Assembly (NCBI GenBank): GCA_965206595.1
Contig: OZ242214.1
Location: 5,344,001-5,408,000, forward strand
Source of the DNA: Candidatus Latescibacterota bacterium
GTDB taxonomy: Bacteria; Latescibacterota; UBA2968; UBA8231
Direction: 5' to 3'
DNA length: 64,000 nucleotides
Part shown: piece after piece, positions 55,656 to 64,000 of the stretch
Layout of the letters: each line of letters begins with the position of its first letter
Numbering within the stretch: position 1 is the first letter of the stretch
Notes under the pieces: generated by a model
The model's input: the letters and a program-made list of their open reading frames with translations, nothing else
What the model was told of the DNA's origin: nothing
The model's database searches: none
Program-made: the position numbers and the translations under genes

Positions 55656-56608
55656 CAGAACGCGGCTCCCACCCCGAACAGGGTGCGCGGGCCGGCATCG
55701 AGGTTATCGCCGACGTAGGCGTAATGAAACTGCACGGCGTCGATTCTCATCGGCCGCAGGGTCAGCCCGAATGCCGGCGCCCCTACGATGCCGGCCTCCC
55801 CGATCCGCGCCAGCCCCGCCCTCACCGTCAACAGCGGGTTCACGTTCCACTCGCCCCCCAGACCGGCGAAAGGCGCGATCGTATCGAAGCGGAAATCCGC
55901 GGCTATCAATACCCCCTCGACGGGCATGTGGGCCGCCCCCAGCGACAAGCTGGCCGGGAGATCCTCGGTGCTTCGATTCTTCTGGTCGGAGGCCTTCAGC
56001 ACGGTCCACCGCAGTCTGGAACCGAGTCCTTTCAAGCCGGCTGCCAGCGCTGTTTTCTCCGACAGGGAATAGTGCAGGTGAAGATCGAGCCCCCTTCCCG
56101 TAGCCGTCGAGGCGCCCGTTTGCGGCACCTCGATTCGATGCCGGAGGATCTTCACACCGGCCCCGGCGGAGAGCTTTTCGCCGAGGGGAAAACCCAGGGC
56201 GAAGAAGAAGGCGTTCTCGCTGTCGTCGATGTCGCCGAAAGGATCGCCAGCCCCGGTGCGCGCTTCCAGATTGCCAACCGAGGCATGTATCCAGGCCAGG
56301 CCGAAAGCGAGCCCGCCCCGGCTGTTGAAGGCTGCCGCCAGGCTGTTCCGCTCGCGGCCGAGGCTCAGGCGGTGCAGCGAAGCGGAGGCGGTGAGCCCGA
56401 GGTTGCGGGTGAGTCGCGCCGCGTTCCAATAGATCGCGGATTCGTCGTCGACGACCGCGGAGAATGCATTCCCCATACCCGGGCCGCGGGTGCCGAGCCC
56501 GCCCTCGAGATAGGCTCCAGCGTATTCACCCGATGTGGGGGAGCAGATTGCGGCCAGGATGGCCGCGGTTGCCGCCAGCGGAGGCAGGAGATCGCGCACG
56601 TACGTCAA
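55655..56608 (-). CDS. PorV/FadL-like outer-membrane beta-barrel
   Basis: GLGTRGPGMGNAFSAVVDDESAIYWNAA, VRAG, FHYAY, terminal Phe. Confidence 0.78.
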   Translation of the reverse strand: MTYVRDLLPPLAATAAILAAICSPTSGEYAGAYLEGGLGTRGPGMGNAFSAVVDDESAIYWNAARLTRNLGLTASASLHRLSLGRERNSLAAAFNSRGGLAFGLAWIHASVGNLEARTGAGDPFGDIDDSENAFFFALGFPLGEKLSAGAGVKILRHRIEVPQTGASTATGRGLDLHLHYSLSEKTALAAGLKGLGSRLRWTVLKASDQKNRSTEDLPASLSLGAAHMPVEGVLIAADFRFDTIAPFAGLGGEWNVNPLLTVRAGLARIGEAGIVGAPAFGLTLRPMRIDAVQFHYAYVGDNLDAGPRTLFGVGAAF

Positions 56609-58293
56609 TCCAGCACCACCACCTTGCCGAAGGCCAGGTCGCCGTTATCCGTGCTCAGGCGATAGAAGTAGACGCCGTTGGCCACGAGGTCGCCGTCGTC
56701 GTCCCGTCCATCCCAGTTGATGTAGTGATAGCTCTGTCCTGAACGCGGTTCCCTCACGGCGAGTTCGCGCACCAGGCGGCTGGCGAAATCGTAGAGGGAG
56801 ATCGAGACCGCCGCGGGGTTGCGCAGACCGAAGACGATGCGGGTGTGCCCGTCGCGCGAAGGAGCAAACGGGCTCGGAGCGGCGTAGGTGACGGCGCTGT
56901 CGGGATCGGCAACGCCCCCCTGGCCGATGAAGTCTCCCGAATCGAGGGCCCGCGTTTTCAGGGGAAACGCCAGAATCCGCCATTCAATGACGGCGACGGA
57001 TTCGCCGTCCGGGGTGGCGATTGCGGCCTGGGCGAGACCGTTCTCAGCCCCGACCCAGAGCGTCTTCCCTCCCTCTGTGTTCGGCGAAATTTCCACGCCG
57101 ACGAAGGGCTCGCGCAGCTGGTCTCGCGACTGAAGGTCCTCGACTGCGACCGTTTCCCATGTGAAGCCGGCGTCGCCGCTGCGGAGCAGACCGTCGTTGC
57201 TGGCCGCCCAGACCGCGTCCTCGGCGAAGGCGAATCCCCATGCAAACGTCGGCCCGCCCGACTGCCAGGATTCGCCGTCGTCCGCGGTGAAGTTGATGGC
57301 AGCAGTTTCCAGGTTCGTCGGCCCCAGGTTCGCCCCGGCCCAGACGACGCTGCCACCGGGGCGCCGCTGCCTGGCGAGGGCAACCACCCAATTGGCGCTC
57401 AGACTGCCGGCCAGCCGCTCTCCGAACTCGTCGAAGGCGGCCCGGGAGTGCCTCCAGGTGGTTCCTCCATCGAGGCTGCGGGCGACGCCGGCGGAGGTTC
57501 CGATCCAGACCGTGTCGCCGTATGCGAGGGCCGAGAAGGTGCGATGTACGTACAATTGCCGGCCGAGGCTGTCCGCCGCGGCACGGGCTTCCCGTATCCG
57601 TTCGTCGTCGTTGCCGCTGTTGGCCAGGCTGTCGGCGAGGATGCGAAACAACTCCGCGTCGTTGTCTCCTTTGCGGTACACGATTTCACCGGCGCCGTCG
57701 GGAAGGACCCTTTCCCAGGTGCGGCCGGCGTCGCGGGAGCGCACTGAAGAGCCGGCGAAGAAAGCCGCCCATACTGTGTCGCCGTCGAGTGCGAGCCCGA
57801 AACAGGCGTTGTCGACAGGAGTAGCAGGGTCGAGCGCGAAGGAGGGGCGCGAAGGATCGAAGATGGTTTCGTTCGGGATGTGCCGCCACGACATGCCGCC
57901 GTCGATGCTGAAACTGAGGCCGCTGCCCACCTGCGGGGATCTGTCCCGCCCGGCGATTGTCGTGTCGAAGAGGGTGGCTGCCCAGACCGTGTCGCCGGTG
58001 GCGGCCAGGGCGCTCACCCCCCCGCGTCCGAGTCCGTGGGCTTCCGTGAAGGTCACCCAGTCGCTGTCGCGGCTGCCGTTGCTGAGAGCGGGGTCGAGGC
58101 GCGCCAGCCCGCGCTCGGTGGCGATCCACAGGTAGCGGCCGCTCCAGACAATGTCGCCGATTTCGGTGCCGAGAAGGCCGGGAACAGGAGGAACTGCTTC
58201 CTGATGCGGGGTTTGCGGAAGGAGACTGGGTGCTGCCTGAAGGGTAAGCGCCCAGGCCGAAGCGACCGCCAGAGCCGGCAGCAGACTACGCAT
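56605..58293 (-). CDS. Secreted beta-propeller with C-terminal FlgD-Ig domain
   Basis: Asp-boxes SIDGGMSW, SRDAGRTW, SLDGGTTW; PSPFAP...YDFASRLVR...WDGRDDDGDLVANGVYFY. Confidence 0.8.
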   Translation of the reverse strand: MRSLLPALAVASAWALTLQAAPSLLPQTPHQEAVPPVPGLLGTEIGDIVWSGRYLWIATERGLARLDPALSNGSRDSDWVTFTEAHGLGRGGVSALAATGDTVWAATLFDTTIAGRDRSPQVGSGLSFSIDGGMSWRHIPNETIFDPSRPSFALDPATPVDNACFGLALDGDTVWAAFFAGSSVRSRDAGRTWERVLPDGAGEIVYRKGDNDAELFRILADSLANSGNDDERIREARAAADSLGRQLYVHRTFSALAYGDTVWIGTSAGVARSLDGGTTWRHSRAAFDEFGERLAGSLSANWVVALARQRRPGGSVVWAGANLGPTNLETAAINFTADDGESWQSGGPTFAWGFAFAEDAVWAASNDGLLRSGDAGFTWETVAVEDLQSRDQLREPFVGVEISPNTEGGKTLWVGAENGLAQAAIATPDGESVAVIEWRILAFPLKTRALDSGDFIGQGGVADPDSAVTYAAPSPFAPSRDGHTRIVFGLRNPAAVSISLYDFASRLVRELAVREPRSGQSYHYINWDGRDDDGDLVANGVYFYRLSTDNGDLAFGKVVVLD

Positions 58294-59113
58294 ACTCGGA
58301 GGCGCGCGCTTCGAGGGCTGCGATTGCCTCGCAGCCTATCCCACAGTCTCCTATACGCGGTCCCGACTCTTCCCCGTGGCTGTCAGAGCCGCCTGTCGGC
58401 AAGAGTCCGTAGCGCTTCCCAAGTTGTGAACAATGTTCGATCTGGGCGGGCAGGTGCGACGGATGGAACACCTCGATGCCATCGAGTCCAGAGTCGACAA
58501 GCCTTGTAAGAATCGCCAATGGGCAGTTGTTGCCGGGATGCGCCAGGACGGCGACGCCCCCCAGGCGGTGGACCATGGCAATCACGTCGGAGGCGGGGGA
58601 CCGCGGTTTCGGCACCGCGGCCGGCCGGCGATCGCCGATGTAGCGATTGAAGGCCTCTTCCTTCGAGGCAACGGCCCCGCTTCCCACCATCGCCGCGGCG
58701 ATATGAGGTCTTCCCAGGAGCCCCCGCGTCGCGTGGCGCATCACCTCGTCGACGGTGATGGCGACCCCGAGCTCGTTGAGCCGTTCGACCATGGCGACCC
58801 CGCGCTCGTGACGGCGCCGGCGAAGCAGACCGACGTAATCAGTCAGGACCGGGTGCCTGCGGTGGATGAAGTAGGAGAGCAGATGAACCTCGCGGTCGTC
58901 GACATGGGCGCTCAGCTCGATTCCGGGAATTACCCGGACCCCCGAACGCAGGCCGGCTTCCACGGCTTCTTCGACACCCTCGACGGTATCGTGGTCGGTC
59001 AGGCTGATGGCGCGGACACCGGCTTGTTGCGCCTCCCCGACCGCCTCCGCCGGGGTGCGCAGTCCGTCGGAGCACAGCGAGTGCATGTGGAGGTCGGCGA
59101 GGTTGTAGCTCAC
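58286..59113 (-). CDS. PHP-domain phosphoesterase
   Basis: DLHMHS..SDG, TDHDT, GRPHIA, LAHP, GGSDSHG. Confidence 0.9.
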   Translation of the reverse strand: MSYNLADLHMHSLCSDGLRTPAEAVGEAQQAGVRAISLTDHDTVEGVEEAVEAGLRSGVRVIPGIELSAHVDDREVHLLSYFIHRRHPVLTDYVGLLRRRRHERGVAMVERLNELGVAITVDEVMRHATRGLLGRPHIAAAMVGSGAVASKEEAFNRYIGDRRPAAVPKPRSPASDVIAMVHRLGGVAVLAHPGNNCPLAILTRLVDSGLDGIEVFHPSHLPAQIEHCSQLGKRYGLLPTGGSDSHGEESGPRIGDCGIGCEAIAALEARASEYA

Positions 59114-59407
59114 GGCAGGAAAACGAGGGTGGTGGACCGGCCGGCGTTGCCCGGCGGTCCCGGAAAAGGATCGAAGTCGAGTGGGAAGATAGCGAAATCG
59201 AGGGTCGGTTGCCCGTCAGTTGGGCGCGAAGATCCAGGTAACTGCTGCCGGCTTTCCCCGTGAACGAGGGGCTGCCGTAGGCACCATGCCGCCGGGACCG
59301 GTGTTCTGGTTGCCGGCGTACATGTAACGTCATGGACGTGCAGAGGGGCGCCGGGTTCCAACGGGGGCCGGAAACCGCACGGGATGGTATGGCCCTTGGG
59401 AAGGTGA

Positions 59408-59686
59408 TCAGAGATAGTTGAGCCCAAGCTCCGCAACGAGATCGCGGGTGCCGCCATCGAGCAATGCACAGATCAGAGCGAAACCGAAATCCCTCTCCAG
59501 CTCATTGGCGTACTTCATCTGCTCGTCGCGAAAGTTGAGCCGCTGAAATCCGAGAACCGTGTCTTTGAAGCGATCTGGAGATTCGTAGATGACAACCTGG
59601 GCAAGCTCGGTGTTGGCGAGCGCATCGCTAACGAATTCGACGCCGAAAATCTCCTCGAGGGCAGAGCGCAGTTGACGGTGGAGCAT
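59408..59686 (-). CDS. Hypothetical protein (92 aa)
   Basis: Protein-like composition, co-oriented with neighbours, no recognised motif. Confidence 0.6.
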   Translation of the reverse strand: MLHRQLRSALEEIFGVEFVSDALANTELAQVVIYESPDRFKDTVLGFQRLNFRDEQMKYANELERDFGFALICALLDGGTRDLVAELGLNYL

Positions 59687-59920
59687 GCCGGGATATCTGT
59701 GAAAAACAACACCTAGAATGGGTAGACTTCATCGAGCTTTCGGCGCAATCGGATGGCGGTCTCCGAAGCCCGGTTCAGCACGATCTCGATCACGGGGCGC
59801 CGCAACCAGATCAAGACGATCAAACCCGTATCAAGAGGAACCTGCCGTGTTTCCAGGCGCAGCACCAAGGCCGCTGAGATAAGGTTCTTTATCAAGATCA
59901 AGGGTGCCGGGCGGGAAACA

Positions 59921-60910
59921 CTAGTTCGCGAAATAGGGGGTGATCGCCTGTTCAATGCGGTCCCTGATCGGCGCGGAACTGGTCTCGGCCGCGAATGGCT
60001 GGCCAGTAACGCGCTCGAAAAGATCGATGTAGCGCTCGGCGACCTGCACCCTGATGTCGTTGTCCAGGTCGGGAATGTTGTCGTCGCAGATACCCTTTTC
60101 CTTGAGCCACAGCCGTAGGAACTCCTTGTCGAGGCTCTCCGGTTCCTCGCCGCGCTGGTGACGCTCTGGGTAGGTTTCGGCGATCCAGTAGCGAGACGAA
60201 TCGGGAGTATGGATTTCGTCCGCCACTGCGATATCACCCCTGGAATTGAACCCTAGCTCGTATTTCGTGTCGACGAGAATCAGCCCTTGCTCCGCGGCCA
60301 GCTTGGAGCCGCGGGCGAAGAGGGCGAGGGCGATGCGCTCGATCTCCCGCCAGGTGTCGGGCTCGACGAGACCGCGTTGGACGATCTGCTCGGGGGAGAT
60401 GGACTCGTCGTGATCCTCGGACTTCGTTGTCGGCGTGATGATCGGCGCTTCGAAAGGCTGGTTTTTCACCATCCCGTCGGGAAGGCGCAAACCGCAAAAG
60501 TCGCGGACTCCTCTGTTGTAGTGCGTCCAGACGGAGGTTTCCGTGCTGCCTGTAAGGTAGGCTCGCACCACCACTTCGACCGGAATCATCGCCAGCTCTT
60601 CGGCCACGGTGACGTTGTCGTCGGGAACGTCGATCACCTGATTCGGCGCGATGTCGCTAGTCCGGTCGAACCAGTGTTTGGCGATGCGATTCAGCACCTG
60701 CCCCTTGAGCGGAATGGTGCCGAGAACATGATCGAATGCGCTCTGGCGATCCGTGGTGATCAGAATGCGTTTGTCCTCGAGCAGGTACATGTCGCGGACC
60801 TTGCCCTGCTTGTAACAGGATTCCCAGCGTTCGAAGCGGGCGTCCTGAAGGCAGTTGTCGAGCTGATCGTACAGTTTCTCGCGGGGGATCATCGGTGTGA
60901 GCTCCGCCAT
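59921..60910 (-). CDS. purC: SAICAR synthetase
   Basis: GKVRDMY, TDRQSAFD, DTKYELG, DEIHTPDSSRYW, LDKEFLR. Confidence 0.95.
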   Translation of the reverse strand: MAELTPMIPREKLYDQLDNCLQDARFERWESCYKQGKVRDMYLLEDKRILITTDRQSAFDHVLGTIPLKGQVLNRIAKHWFDRTSDIAPNQVIDVPDDNVTVAEELAMIPVEVVVRAYLTGSTETSVWTHYNRGVRDFCGLRLPDGMVKNQPFEAPIITPTTKSEDHDESISPEQIVQRGLVEPDTWREIERIALALFARGSKLAAEQGLILVDTKYELGFNSRGDIAVADEIHTPDSSRYWIAETYPERHQRGEEPESLDKEFLRLWLKEKGICDDNIPDLDNDIRVQVAERYIDLFERVTGQPFAAETSSAPIRDRIEQAITPYFAN

Positions 60911-61203
60911 GGGAGGGCTTGGGATCGAGTTTGACGGCGGGAAGGTGCGGCGAACGGCTGCCTTGGGTGGGTGACAGCCTCAAGGCAGATGAAAGGTACT
61001 GATACCGCAAATAGCGTCAAACCCGCTCGGGAGACTTGCCCGGCCCAATCGCTATCTTGATTTTAGTCCTGATCAGGCGTACGTTACGGCCGAAATTTGC
61101 TGACTGACGGGTGTTCGACAGCTGTTGGACCCGGTCGGAGAGTGCGCGCGGCTGCGCGCGTGTTTCGCCTCATACTATGAATACCTCAACCGGGAGGTTG
61201 CCG

Positions 61204-61692
61204 ATGTTTCGGGGGCTAGCGGCATGCGCATTGGTTCTGGGTCTTTGGGGATGCAGTGACGAGGCTCAAATCGCGGAGTTGACGACGTACGTCAAGGCGA
61301 TCCAGAAGTTCCATCCATACAACGAGAAGGTTCAGTATTTTCTCTCCAACCTGGACGACCCCTCATTCGATCTCAACGAACAGCACGTCGTTGATGCCCG
61401 CCAGCTGCTCGAGGATTACGCGGCCGTAGTGAACAGCGTGGAAGATCCCGACGATAACACCCTGCGCCACTCACACGGTCTGTACAAACGTTCGTTCAAC
61501 GACGCGCGGCGGTTGGCGCAGGATCGCACCGGTGACCTCAGGAGGCAGGCTCATTCGGTCGCCATCGGCTTCCGAAACTTGCGTCGCGACATCGCTGATC
61601 GCTTCTACCCTTCGATCGAAGTGCTGCTGGCGCGCAAGGGTCTGGATCACGAGGACGAATACGCCTTGGTCTGGCCGTTCCCGAATAATTAG
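61204..61692 (+). CDS. Hypothetical lipoprotein
   Basis: GGAGG RBS, MFRGLAACALVLGLWGC lipobox; TTGATT-N17-TACGTT at 61057-61085. Confidence 0.7.
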   Translation: MFRGLAACALVLGLWGCSDEAQIAELTTYVKAIQKFHPYNEKVQYFLSNLDDPSFDLNEQHVVDARQLLEDYAAVVNSVEDPDDNTLRHSHGLYKRSFNDARRLAQDRTGDLRRQAHSVAIGFRNLRRDIADRFYPSIEVLLARKGLDHEDEYALVWPFPNN

Positions 61693-61808
61693 AATCGGAG
61701 GACGCTGGCCGAGCCGCTCAAGCGGCCTCGCAGCAGCGGCATGACGGAGTCGGCGGCGGGGTTTGTTTACTCGGGCCTTCGTTCCTGAGCGATCACGATC
61801 GGGATCGC

Positions 61809-63287
61809 TCAGGAACGAAGGCCTTTTTGTATAATCCATGGCTGCAGCGCCGACAGAATTCCCGTGTAAAGGAACCCGGTCTGAAACAGTAGCAGAAAGG
61901 GAATTCCGAAGTACAGGCCGACGGTCCACGCCTCCTGAAGGATGGAGGCAAAGTAGACGGCCATCGACATTTCGAGGCCTGCCATCAACGTCTTTGCCCC
62001 GACGTATTTTCCTCCCGGGGTCCGCTTTTTCTCGACGCCGTATTTGGGAGTGCGCCGGAAAGAGCTCTGGTGTCCGACCAGGGCCTCCAGTACCGCGCGT
62101 GCGTTGTTGATGCAGAGGCTGATTCCGACCGCCATGAGCGCCGGCAAGAACTTTATCTGCTTTTTCCAGTCGACGTACAGCGCTTTCTGCGAGACCAGGT
62201 AAAACCCGGAGATCGCCATGGTCGCCATCGAAAACAAAGGCAGGTCGATGATGAACATGCGATGGCGCCAGTCGAGTTCGGCGCGAATCTCGAACACAGG
62301 CAGCATCAGGACGGCCATCGCCAGCATCAGCAGGTAGGTGCTGTTGGCGGTAAGGTGAAAGGTGGCCTCGATCTTGACGGCGAGAGGAAAGGGACTGCGC
62401 CAGACCCGGGGCAGGATTTTTCTCGCCGTCTGCACTGCCCCCTTGGTCCAGCGGTGCTGCTGGGACTTGAAGGCATTGATCTCGACGGGGAGCTCCGCGG
62501 GAACCTCGACTTCGGGCAGGAACAGGAACTTCCACCCCGCCAGCTGGGCGCGATAGCTCAGGTCGAGGTCCTCAGTCAGCGTGTCGTGCTCCCAGCCTCC
62601 TGCATCGAGGATGCTGCGCTTTCTCCAGATTCCGGCGGTGCCGTTGAAATTGAAGAAGCGGCCCGAGCGATTGCGGGCGGTGTGCTCGATGACGAGGTGG
62701 CCGTCGAGAAAGATCGACTGGATCCGGGTAAGCAGGGAGTATTCGCGGTTCAAATGCCCCCAGCGCATCTGAACCATGCCGATCTCCTGGTCGGTGAAGT
62801 AGTGTATGGTGCGCTGCAGCAGGTCCGGCCCGGGGACGAAGTCGGCGTCGAGAACGAGGATGAAGTCGTACTCGGTGCGCTCGAGACCGGCGGCGAGGGC
62901 TCCTGCCTTGAATCCTGCCCGAGAATCCCGGTGGAGGTATTCGATATTCAACCCCCCGGCGGCCAACTGCTCCACCGCCCGGCGGGCGCGCTCCTGGGTT
63001 TCGTCGATGGAGTCGTCGAGAACCTGGACCTGCAGCCTGTCCCGGGGATAGTCGAGTTGTCCGACCGCGGTGAGCAGGCGGTCGACGACGTGGTACTCGT
63101 TGTAGAGCGGCAGCTGTACGGTCACACCGGGAAGCTCTGAAAAACGGGAGGGCGGCGCTGTGGAATCGCCGCGATGCTTGAAGTACAGCCTGAGCATGAA
63201 CCAGCGGTGAAAGCCGTAGAGGCTGAGCACTGCCACGATGAGGCAATAAAGGGAGAGGCAGGCAATCTGCCAGCTGTCGAGGCTCAT
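61809..63287 (-). CDS. GT2 glycosyltransferase (cellulose synthase-like)
   Basis: QLPLYNE, DDS, FKAGAL, DADF, TEDLDL, QQHRW. Confidence 0.92.
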   Translation of the reverse strand: MSLDSWQIACLSLYCLIVAVLSLYGFHRWFMLRLYFKHRGDSTAPPSRFSELPGVTVQLPLYNEYHVVDRLLTAVGQLDYPRDRLQVQVLDDSIDETQERARRAVEQLAAGGLNIEYLHRDSRAGFKAGALAAGLERTEYDFILVLDADFVPGPDLLQRTIHYFTDQEIGMVQMRWGHLNREYSLLTRIQSIFLDGHLVIEHTARNRSGRFFNFNGTAGIWRKRSILDAGGWEHDTLTEDLDLSYRAQLAGWKFLFLPEVEVPAELPVEINAFKSQQHRWTKGAVQTARKILPRVWRSPFPLAVKIEATFHLTANSTYLLMLAMAVLMLPVFEIRAELDWRHRMFIIDLPLFSMATMAISGFYLVSQKALYVDWKKQIKFLPALMAVGISLCINNARAVLEALVGHQSSFRRTPKYGVEKKRTPGGKYVGAKTLMAGLEMSMAVYFASILQEAWTVGLYFGIPFLLLFQTGFLYTGILSALQPWIIQKGLRS

Positions 63288-63309
63288 ATGGCGGCGGGAA
63301 ATGGAGGAA

Positions 63310-64000
63310 TCAAGCGCGGCCGTGACAGTGTTTGAACTTTTTCCCGCTGCCGCAAGGGCAGGGTGAGTTCCGCCCGACCTTGGGGCCGGTGCGTACCGGT
63401 GCCTGCTTGGCCGAATCGGTGCCTTCGCTGCCGGCGGCGACCAGTCCGCGTCCTCGGGGAGACCCGGCCGGCCTGCCCAGCATGCCGATTTCAGGTTGAT
63501 CTCCGTCCGGGGGAGTCGGTGCCGCACCCTGGAACCCGAGGTTGGTCGCTTCCCTGTGGATCGAGCTGTAGCGCCCCCCCCGCATCGGCGACCTGAACTC
63601 CGGGGCCTCGGAGTCGATGCGCAGGCGGAAAAGGTTCTGCATCGTCTCGGAGTCGATCTTGGCGATCAGGCTCTCGAACATCTCGAAGGCACCCTTTTTG
63701 TACTCGATCAGCGGGTTCTTGCCTCCGATGCCGACGAATCCGACACCTTCCTTCAATTCGTCCATCGCGTAGAGATGTTCCTGCCAGGAGGTGTCGACCG
63801 TGTGCAGCAGGATGGCTTTCTCGACTTCGCGGAAGGTTTCGTCGCCGACCAGGTCCAGGCGCTGGTCGTAGGCGCTGCGCACGCTTCCGACGAGGCGCTC
63901 CCGGGCTCCCTCGACGCTGATACCGATCCGTTCCTCCGGTTCGATGGGAAAGCCGGAGAAGAAGGTGCTGCCGTAATCGCGGGCCATGTCCTCCCAGAGC
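63310..64000 (-). CDS. secA: Preprotein translocase SecA, 3' part
   Basis: W.EHL..MD.LKEG, PLIEYK, SEC-C motif [19 protein letters not shown]. Confidence 0.95.
   Translation of the reverse strand, partial: LWEDMARDYGSTFFSGFPIEPEERIGISVEGARERLVGSVRSAYDQRLDLVGDETFREVEKAILLHTVDTSWQEHLYAMDELKEGVGFVGIGGKNPLIEYKKGAFEMFESLIAKIDSETMQNLFRLRIDSEAPEFRSPMRGGRYSSIHREATNLGFQGAAPTPPDGDQPEIGMLGRPAGSPRGRGLVAAGSEGTDSAKQAPVRTGPKVGRNSPCPCGSGKKFKHCHGRA

Noticed and set aside
59120-59400. GGCAACC...GGTGCC resembling SAM-I riboswitch P3 upstream of the PHP gene
   Set aside because: P1 (AUC...GAU) and the P2 kink-turn/pseudoknot elements were not found, and gene context does not fit

Overview
High-GC bacterial chromosome segment. 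PorV-like barrels, FlgD-Ig C-terminal proteins and two PhyH dioxygenases suggest an FCB-related lineage such as Candidatus Latescibacterota (inference). The left ~28 kb is accessory and metabolic: sugar-acid enzymes, PhoX, an EndoQ-UvrD fusion, a sulfotransferase, an SDR and an acyltransferase-domain protein. The right part is mostly housekeeping: groEL with CIRCE, lipB, icd, moaC, argF, mfd-ppiC-surA, tRNA-Ala, fmt, yajC, tgt, purC and the 3' end of secA. It also carries a PorV/FlgD envelope cluster and an IS1182-like element inserted in a decayed ECF-sigma locus; a diverged remnant of the same IS family lies at 82-314. The most notable unexplained elements are (1) a multi-stem leader RNA with an RBS-sequestering hairpin and possible pseudoknot upstream of a small helical domain fused to an APH-like kinase (3380-3595), and (2) an orphan sigma54 promoter with tandem enhancer-like sites, a structured ~240-nt RNA, a terminator and a tiny membrane-peptide ORF (20119-20680). 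Several single-base frameshifts fall in homopolymers and may be assembly errors. All calls come from reading motifs by eye; no searches were run.
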